A DNA stretch of 58,492 nucleotides, filler included, from Sphacelaria rigidula (lineage: Eukaryota): the NCBI GenBank assembly GCA_964200075.2. It is 10 parts of 10 records of this genome, joined end to end, with 100 filler letters (N's around TTAATTAATTAA, not from the genome) between each part and the next. Parts side by side here need not be neighbours in the genome. Positions count along the whole stretch, not along the records: positions 46,875 to 52,633 come from CAXNAA020024666.1; positions 52,734 to 58,492 come from CAXNAA020024667.1; 8 more parts are not named here. One strand, written 5' to 3'. The notes below the pieces were generated by a model, which searched no databases, was not told the DNA's origin, and was given only the letters and a program-made list of their open reading frames with translations. Shown one piece after another: positions 49,986 to 58,492 of this stretch (positions are counted from its first letter, which is position 1; each line of letters opens with the position of its first letter). A program made the translations under genes and the position numbers.

Positions 49986-50265
49986 CTGCCCGTTTCCGTC
50001 GGACGGACCCTGGAGCAACGGCGCGACCATGCGAGACGCCATCTACGCGGTATCGTCTACCTTAGTCGGTACCACAGGCCCGCTGACCATGCTTGCAGGA
50101 GAGGGTAACGCAGATGGGGCCGAGGCAGACGGGCGAGATGTCGATACTGTCACGTTTTGCGCCGTGAACCTGCGGCCTCATGCAAGTCAAGGGGGGCGGT
50201 TCGAGGTTATCAGCACGCTGAATGGCGGAGAACTTGGCTCTGCCTCCGAGACTGGGGGTTTCCAG
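49986..50265 (+). CDS. VFT-domain receptor, exon d
   Basis: cgcag|CPFPSDGPWSNGATMRDAIYAVSSTLVGTTGPLTM...DGRDVDTVTFCAVNL...GGFQ|gtaagg; W..G and G.TG motifs; all four exons are phase-compatible. Confidence 0.85.
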
Positions 50266-50332
50266 GTAAGGAAATGGAACCGGAATGGTCGGGCTGTGAG
50301 GGGAGAGGGTAGGGGCGTGCTCTTTTGTTACT

Positions 50333-51120
50333 TGTCTTGATCGTTCGACCATTGGCCACCTGTCCCTTTCGAGACGGAGCACCGCTCCTATTCCTAATAG
50401 AGGCACCTCCAACGTTCGGGTGCTCATCATGTTTCTTCCATACATTCCACAAAAACCGTTCACATATCTTGTCACTTTCCTCGTTCGCCGTCTGTGGCCA
50501 CCATCCATGTCTTAGTATAACCTTCTTTGTCTCGCTACTGTCTAATGCATCAAACGTTTTCATGCCACCTTCGTTTACTTCCCATATTCCCCCCTCTAAG
50601 ACGTCCCGTTCCTCCTTGTACAGTTCACATTCTGCCACTCTTGACTTCACATTCTGTTGCTTTGCCACATCGGCAATTCTGTGCATCTCCTTCCTCGTCC
50701 ACTCGACGACTGGTTTACCTCTTCCTTCCTTCTGCCAGGTCCAGGTCTCCCACCCAATATCGCAGTTTCAATTTTTCGCGGAGTCGATCGGGTCATGCAG
50801 ATATGTTTACATCCCAATCCCCTCTCCCAACCCCTCGTATATCTTGAGGTGCTCTTCCTCTTCTACTTCCGTCTTAACGTTTCCTTTTCCCTTATTTTCT
50901 CCATGTCTCTTACTTTTGTCTTGTGCCCGCCACATTCACGTATGGACATTCTATCGCTTTCGTTTCCTCCTATGTCCCTCCATGTTTTCTCAACTACGCC
51001 ATCCCACCTCATTCCAGCCTGCCCTTTCGTCCCTGCCAAGTACGGTGGTGATCTCTATCTTGACATGCTCCATGCGCTATATTGTCATTTCAGCTCTCTC
51101 ATGTCTCTACTTGTTTTAAG
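50333..51120 (-). mobile_element. Decayed LINE (non-LTR retrotransposon) ORF C-terminus and 3' end
   Basis: Broken minus-strand frame (RWDGVVEKTWRDIGG, EEHLKIYEGL, ECELYKEERDVL); related 3' ends at 26767-26835, 46875-46950, 51186-51240 and 52573-52633. Confidence 0.65.
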
Positions 51121-51277
51121 TGGGCACATTCCAAACTCTGCTCTCAATGCATTATACACGGGCTGTGAGGGGGGAGGGGAGGGGATACTCATGATCTTGC
51201 ATGCCGTAGTCATATGACCACTGACCTCGCATCCCTACAAGGCATCCCTACGAAGCACGCGGGGTTTTATAGGACCA

Positions 51278-51463
51278 GGTTGTAGCTTCATCACCCCACA
51301 AACCCACGTCTCTGCCCCACTAGACAGTAATTTGAGTCCTTGTTGGTATCACTACTCTGGTACCCGCCGAAGGTTGTAGCTTCATCACCCCACAAACCCA
51401 CGTCTCTGCCCCACTAGACAGTAATTTGAGTCCTTGTTGGTATCACTACTCTGGTACCCGCCG
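51278..51463 (+). repeat. Perfect 94-bp tandem duplication
   Basis: ggttgtagcttcatcacc...ctctggtacccgccga x2. Confidence 0.95.
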
Positions 51464-53641
51464 ACGCCCGCATCTACCTTGTTGTTTGTCGGATGCTTTT
51501 CGATTATCTTGCTCCGGGGGGGTGGGGGGGTGGCCGCGAGGCAGGCGGCTAGCCCATATCAGGCTGAGCAGACTTTTCCGGCCGAGGCCACTTCGTATCC
51601 GTTTGACAGACCTGTTCTCCTTGGTCGACATCTGGAGGTGTGTATCGTACCCCGCTGTGTATGTGTGTATGTCTGTTGCTCTCTTTTTTTGTCCAGGCTA
51701 CGAGTATGGTTTTGACCCCGTTAGCTGCGCTTCTTCACGCGTATCTCGTGTGTCATACTCAATGTGTGTGTTTTTTCGTACGTTGCTCGTTCGCCTTGAT
51801 TTGTTGCGGGACTCATGTTTCGCCTTGCTTTCTTTGGTTCTGTTCTGTCTCCTGTTCAAGGTCCTAATAGTCCGTCTACGTCCTCAAACACTGGCGTTTT
51901 GCTTCGTGCAGGCAGTTTGTTTGCGTCTGAAAGGTCGGTTCAAGTTGTTACGTTGTACGCAGTGACGAATGTTTTTGTTCGGCGTCGTAATCCCCACCAC
52001 GTACTCCAAGTTGGGGATGCTGAACGGACGCGGGCTTTTCGGGGAAGGTTCCGCGGATGGATCATTGATTTTGGTGGAAAAGATAACTCCTACATAGAAA
52101 CGACCTACATCGTTTTCTGTGCATGAGCCAGGACAAGCATCACAGTTTACTGCTACCGTCACAGTACACCAAATGGCTGGTTTATTGCTGTGATCGTATC
52201 AGCAGGGCATGTGGCTATGCAGCATGCAACGAATGTCAAGATACACTCAGCGGAACGATGTACGAGCAAAAAAATGTGCATCGTGATGCTTTGACCGTAT
52301 CTTACAATATGCCGGGCTGCAACGCCTACTTGCCGGTAAGAAAAAATTACTTGCATCACTCCTGCTCACTGGCGTTTGCCTGTTTAGCACCATCTAAAAT
52401 ACGCCTAGAAAACCGCTGTACTATCCGAAAAAATCGCGCGAGTGTCAGCGGACAAAATGCCAGAACATGAATCATGGGGCGTTCAAATGGTTTGAGCCCT
52501 TCGGTGCCGAACCTCCTCTCGGAACAACATTCCCGGACTTCAGTCCTACGGGACAATTCTGGGGCGGGGGGTGTACTCATGATCATGCATGCCATAGTCA
52601 TAAGACCATTGACCTCGCATCCCTACAAAGCCGNNNNNNNNNNNNNNNNNNNNNNNNNNNNNNNNNNNNNNNNNNNNTTAATTAATTAANNNNNNNNNNN
52701 NNNNNNNNNNNNNNNNNNNNNNNNNNNNNNNNNATTTTCTTTTTTTATTCGGCACGCTTCTGCGGTTCTCCATACCAATTTTCGTCGCCATCGGCTAAAT
52801 GCATAAATCGATAGTTTCATAGAGATTTTAGTGTTGGCGCTATCTCCCTTGGCATAGAAATTACTAGACATGGGGTTTGATCAACGAGAAAATATGGGCC
52901 CAAACTTTTGAGTAGGTGGGCACCTTTCCCGTGATTCGACGATTAATACGATATGCGGACCACGGCCCAATTCGTTTCCGGTGATGAGATATTGTTAGGT
53001 AGGTAAACTTTGCAGCAATTAACAGTTATATGTATGTATCAGGAATCTCGAGTTTGAGATACCTCTAATAAACACTCGAGGCGGAGAATCCCTGTCACTG
53101 TTGCAATAGGTATTCGGTGTGCTATCTGGATGGCGACTCAACCATACCGCGCCACCAATGTGCCGCGTAACGGTCGGTACCTACAACAAGCGCGCAACAA
53201 AGAAATGAGACCAATCCTTAGCGTACGAAGCACTTGAATTGCGCACGAAGCACTTGAATTGCGCATGGAGCACCGAAGTGCGCACGGAACAACAGAAAAG
53301 GGTACGGTGTAAGCGTGCCTATGGGGTTTAGCCACACGATTTACAAGTTCAACTGAACGAGCAGCAGTATTTCCCTGCACCCGTACTCTCTTGCTACGTA
53401 AGCGGACAAGGACCAAGTTGCAGGTGTTCAACGTACCGGTACATGCCAGCAAATGCAAATGACTTGATTGTACCTGTCAGGTGAGAGCACCACACATGAG
53501 TGCAGTACAGACAGGACAATTCAGTGTACCGGACCGAGTTTCGTACTCGCAGTCATGCATACCCCTTCAGCACACAAAGCCAAGCTTTAAGACCAAGACC
53601 AACACCGGAATCACGACCAACCCCACCTATGCGAGACACAC

Positions 53642-54358
53642 CTGGTCACCATAGAGATTACGCAACGCAGCGGACAACGCTTCCGAGGACGCCCTGTGCC
53701 CTCCGCCTGTGTCACTCATGAGGATCAAAATACGTTTCGCCTCCGGCGCACCACCCTTTCGTCTAGATCCCATCTCCTCCACTCCGGTCGAGGACGCACT
53801 GAGCGCTTGCGCGGCGTTCATCAAACTCTTCGCGCCGCGGGACAGCAAGTTTACTGCCGTTGATCCTTCCACCCCTCCCACACCCCCCGTCTTACTGCTA
53901 GTAGCAGTAGCGGCGCCAGCATGCGGCGGCGGCGGCCAGCGACGCCGGGTGAACAGGACGCCGTCGTCATCGTTGCTGCTGCTGCTGGACACAGCGTACA
54001 TACCAAAGTTTTTGGAACTTACATCGCCGTCTCGCCCGAAATAGCTGACCCCACGCCAGTGCGTGTTACCATGGTGAGCTGTGCCTAGCACTAGATTTTG
54101 TAATGGAGCTGCCGAAGCGAACCCGTTGCCGCCGCCGCCGCTAGCCCTCCCCCCCTTGCTGAGACGAGTTGATGTCAAAGGTTGAACGAGACATGCTGCT
54201 GGACCGGTTGCGACCGCAAATAGAGATACCCACAGCAGCGACAGCGGCCCTCGCATGTTGTTGCTGTTAGTGTTGCGTTGGTGACGTCGAGGGTGGACTC
54301 TACGGCTTAGTCTACTGCCACTACCGCTGTTGCTACCACTACGCCCCATCTTGTCCAT
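53642..54358 (-). CDS. MGD: Monogalactosyldiacylglycerol synthase (GT28), exon 1; alternative start at 54256
   Basis: KRILILMSDTGGGHRASSEAL signature; CAG|GTGTGT donor; MRGPLSLLWVSLFAVATGPAAC is signal-peptide-like and followed by a Ser/Arg-rich transit-like region. Confidence 0.93.
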
Positions 54359-54771
54359 CTCGTACTCCTCTGTAATAAGTCAGATGCGCACGTACGCTGT
54401 ATGCCGACTACTTGCTTGCAGTGTAGTGCTTGATTTTAGTATCACGTTTTTTAACACCCCTGGACATAAGACTCGACGAAGACACCGGACTCGATGAGAC
54501 ATATGATCACCAGTGCGCTGGTAAACAGCTCAACAACATATTTCTAGCCACGCCTTCGTCCCTCGAGAAAGGTCTTGTTCGTGTAAACATGTGACCTCTA
54601 AGTGGATAATGACCGCTGCAGATAAGAAGCGATCTGAGTATGATGCAAGAATTTGAACAGTAGGGAGAGGGCACATCAAAGATGCGGAGAAAAAATCAAA
54701 CGAACACAAGAGCTGAGCGCATTTTAGCTGTCAGCCACCAACTAATCTTTTTCGGCGAAGATACAGGGTAA

Positions 54772-54948
54772 GGCCAACTCTTATGGGAGCGTTTGAGATT
54801 TTTATTTTGCAACAATGTCAGAGGAGTTTTTTTTTTCTCTGTCATCATGGTAAACGGGCAAAAAATACATAACTACGGCAAAGAAAAAAAAAAACTCTTT
54901 TTAAATTATTTCAAAATAATATTCTAAACGCTCCCATAAGAATTGGCC
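54772..54948. mobile_element. 177-bp PIF/Harbinger (Tourist)-like MITE upstream of MGD
   Basis: TAA|GGCCAACTCTTATGGGAGCGTTT...AAACGCTCCCATAAGAATTGGCC|TAA. Confidence 0.88.
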
Positions 54949-55410
54949 TAAAGTAACGAAAGTAAATAAATTTACGGGCTCAAATCCAGATGCCAGCTGG
55001 TGACTCTGCTTGACCAAGACTTACGGGTCTGATCATTATATTCAGACCGATATCTTTGTCAACAAAGACGGTTCAGCTGGCTGATTGGGGGTTTCAATGT
55101 TTCCTGTATTTCAAATGTTCTGTGACACTAAAACGCGGTTTGTACCGCGCATCGGCAAGCTGTTGGCCGACCAGCAGAGAGAAAATCGCGCGTAAAAACT
55201 TGGGAACACGACGCTGGTGGCATCTCTGCTCCCTGGCGCATGAAGAAGATACCCGAGATTGGCATGGGAATGCACATTCAGCGAGTACGCGACCCCCGCG
55301 AGGCGTTGTTGTAATATAATTCACACAACGTCGGCGAGGCGTTCATATATCCGACCATCACCAATGTCTGCGCTGTGCAGGTAAATAGCTTGCGAAAACT
55401 GGCCGTGATA

Positions 55411-56448
55411 ATGGTGTCTCGGGCAAGACCAAGAAGTGCGCAAACGGGGACTCAAGCTCGTCGACTATCGCTGAAGGATATAGAGCCTTGCCTTCCCATC
55501 AGCGTCAATGACCGCACTGCACCGAACGATTCGGGTGGGGTAGCAGGACCTCCGGGCCTTGAAGATTGGAGAGGAACGCCAGCGAAGAGGAGATGGACAA
55601 TACTCGGATCAAATTTCGAAGGTGGTTCAGCGAATGATCATGACGCCACATCCAGGAGATCATCAAGCCTCAACACGCTCGCGAATCAAATCGAGAAGAT
55701 GGAAGTTGTAGAAGATGTCGATCAAAGGTATTGTCGCTTTTAGTTTAGGCAAGTGGCAGACTACGAGATACGAAGTACATGAATTAATGAAACACACACG
55801 AACAATGTATCTACGCTCGGATCGAGTAAGCCCTTTGCGCCGTATGCACGTTTGCACCCATTACACTTTAGCTCCCCCAAATGGAATGGTCTCTGTGTCC
55901 ATGATTTTTTCCCCAAGAACGATCAGAATCACGCTGAACCTCTCCACGCAACGACTATGGGGTCGCAACTGCAAGGTAAGCACCTACACATCCGTGAAAT
56001 AATGATGGGGCTGGAGTTGCCACGACGACCATGGGTATATGACGTAACAGACCCAAACGGCACCGTTACAGCCGCACACCGGGGCGTCTTACGCGTTTGT
56101 GTACAATAAACCCGACCCACCTTAGCCTTCCGCCTCTCAATAAATACGCCCGGTCCGAATGGCTCGAAGGTTTTTCTATGTAGCCATGTCGTACCCCCCT
56201 TGCTGCGTTTTAGTTCATCAATGTGATGACCCCCTCCGTTGCCCGTCACGATCTCGATTCAGGCTGGAGCAGCCCTCTCCGATTCTCGACCTGAGAGGCA
56301 CTTTGGATACTCATTGATAGGCCATGCACGTGTTGTTACGGTACAACCAGCTCCATTTTCTGCGTGTTCTTGACATTGTCCTGTAGGCACATCGAGGTCG
56401 TCAGGGCAAATCACGATACAATACAACATGCAGACGGCCGTCCTCCAA
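55411..56448 (+). other. Possible small spliced transcript of unknown function, divergent from MGD
   Basis: Candidate borders: AAG|gtattg 55727, tttag|55872-55975|gtaagc, ttcag|56264-56340|gtacaa; no recognisable domain; frame ambiguous. Confidence 0.3.
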
Positions 56449-56943
56449 GTAATATTTCCCGCCGATCCAGTAGGCAGCCACAGCTACGCCTGTGGTGCTG
56501 TTCTGTCACAGTGAGTTAACATGCAGCTGTTTCAAGGGAAAGTCGGAAACGTGCCCGGGCTTCAAAACATGATCTCAAACTATTACAGAGGCTCTCGCAA
56601 ACTCTTTGTTATACAGTCTTCCAAATACCTACCTATTCCTGTGTTCCTACAAAGTAGGCGTGTTGTGTCACAATACATGTGGAAAAACTCCAGCCTTACC
56701 TCTGTCATCCTGAGTCCCCAGGGAGCGAAGGGCTAACGAAGGTATCGCCAACACTATAAAGGCGAGCAGGTCATCTCGGTCTGCACGTGTCACCTCTTCT
56801 GACAAAATTACGTGTACTCCGTTGCCCCCAGCCACTGACGCATACGTGCTATTTTTGAAGCGAAGCAGCTTTTCCCCAAATGTATCCAGTGATCGCTCTG
56901 CGGTAGGGTCCTTTTTTGGCATATGACACCCAAGGGGTTGTAC

Positions 56944-58373
56944 CAGGATTGCATATCAGACCGAGAACAAAGTTTAATACGATATTCTCAGAATATCGAC
57001 CCACAACCCCCGATACCGATATTTTTGTCGATATTCCGAAAATGACACGATACGCATCGAGTATCGATATTCGATACGATATGACTGTTTTGGTATGGCC
57101 CCAGTGTACAAGACCGAGCAGTACACTGGCACACTGACATCTTCACTCACTATTATAGGTCGCATAAGATACCATATCCCCTACACAGATTTTCAAAGCT
57201 CACTTACTCCTCATTACAAGCGATGCCAGGGCTGAATTGGGCCGCGTTGCAACCATCTCGTCGAGAGAATGCAATCGAGCTTTGAAAATCGCTCCTGAGG
57301 GTGTGGTATCTTGAGCAATCTACGGTAGTTCCAGCGGATAGGAGTGTGGACACATGATGGACAGCAGCGGGTAGTGTGCAAATTGACATTATAGCAACGG
57401 CGGGATGCGATGATGCAGCTGTCAAATGAATATATTTCATCATGCAAGAGGTAGTTAATCACAGCGGGCCAGGTGTGGTATTGGTTACACTGTTTTCATT
57501 TCTACGGCCACTATTCTGTGTGTTTTGATCGAATGAGCAAATACCTCGACTCTGCACGTTCATTAGAAAAAAAAACGTGTCACACCTCGAACATGCACAA
57601 ACTCAAATGCGCACTCTTTTTTTTCAACGTTTTGTACTACCAGTAGGAGGAAACGTCGGCAGCATGCGTCAAATTTTAATTTTTGGATGCCACACACAGG
57701 GCCAAACAATATAAATTTGGATGTCACCAACCGAGAAGAAAATACCATGAACCTTGCAACGATTAGAATGTCCTGACTAATGGATGGAGTGGGAAATAAA
57801 TTCACCACTCGTCAAACATGAAGGAAACGCGAAGCGACACTACCATCTTCTCATACTCCGAAGGACAGCTGTTTTCTACTGTTATCTGCAGCTTCGCAGT
57901 GATCGTGACCTAATACCTACTCCACCTCGCCACCCGTATGTTGCCGTTGTTGAACACCCCCGCTGAAACAAATCACCAAACCCACGAGGCACCAGCGGTT
58001 ACTCTGTCGCCTCCTATCCTGCGGATAGATACCCCATCCATTTGCACACCGTGCAACCGCTCTACAGCTATACTCGTGGTGCGTGGTGTGTGCAGGCGGC
58101 CTTGTAGAGTGGCGAGGGGTGGGGCTGAATCAACTGGGGGTCTACCGTTCAGGAAATGCCCCCCCCCCCTACATTTTCTATGACGATAGTTTCGAGAGAT
58201 TGAGCTAATATGACGAAAAAGGAGCCAAATATCGAGCGTATCGATAATCGATATTCGTATTCGATATTGATACGTATCACATACATCGGTTTTCTACGCT
58301 CCGATACAGATACTGTGTATCGCCGATATTTATCGAAATCGTATCGATTATCGATATCCGATGTGCAACCCTG
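56944..58373. mobile_element. Non-autonomous hAT-like element
   Basis: TIRs CAGGATTGCATATC / GATGTGCAACCCTG; flanks gttgtac / gttgtagc; dense ATCGAT/CGATA subterminal repeats at both ends. Confidence 0.8.
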
Positions 58374-58492
58374 GTTGTAGCTAACATCTTACTTCCAGCC
58401 AACCCCCCTACCCTGGACCTATGAACTATAAATTAGCCTGGTCCAGCGAGAAGCCGGCGTGCTCCGTCCCGGCTTTGTAGGGGCGGACCCCC

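Noticed and set aside
50325..51119. 264-aa plus-strand hydrophobic ORF
   Set aside because: Antisense of a purine-rich decayed LINE

Overview
This is not one continuous locus. It consists of ten unrelated contigs of 5759-5760 bp each (size-sorted), joined by an artificial 100-bp linker (44 N + TTAATTAATTAA + 44 N). The DNA is eukaryotic, intron-rich and TE-rich. It most likely comes from a brown alga (Phaeophyceae); this is inferred from the MGDG synthase with a signal-peptide-type N-terminus, long introns, short GC-rich exons and the FNIP-repeat style. Recognisable host gene fragments are DDX41/Abstrakt helicase (2 exons), AP-1/AP-2 beta-adaptin (3 exons), a BT1/folate-biopterin-like transporter exon, a Venus-flytrap/ANF-receptor-domain protein (4 phase-compatible exons) and MGDG synthase exon 1. 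Accessory content includes a 22-aa FNIP-repeat gene next to decayed intronless ORFs (possible giant-virus relic), a ~9x216-bp acidic/basic repeat ORF with two in-frame stops, a decayed Ty3/Gypsy gag-protease, LTR/PBS junctions, LINE 3' fragments, two tRNA-derived SINE families and many MITEs (hAT, piggyBac-like, PIF/Harbinger-like, foldback). No CRISPR, rRNA or intact tRNA was seen. No new system can be proven from sequence alone. The best leads are the FNIP locus, the 216-bp repeat ORF, the VFT receptor and the CAG/CTG foldback duplication.
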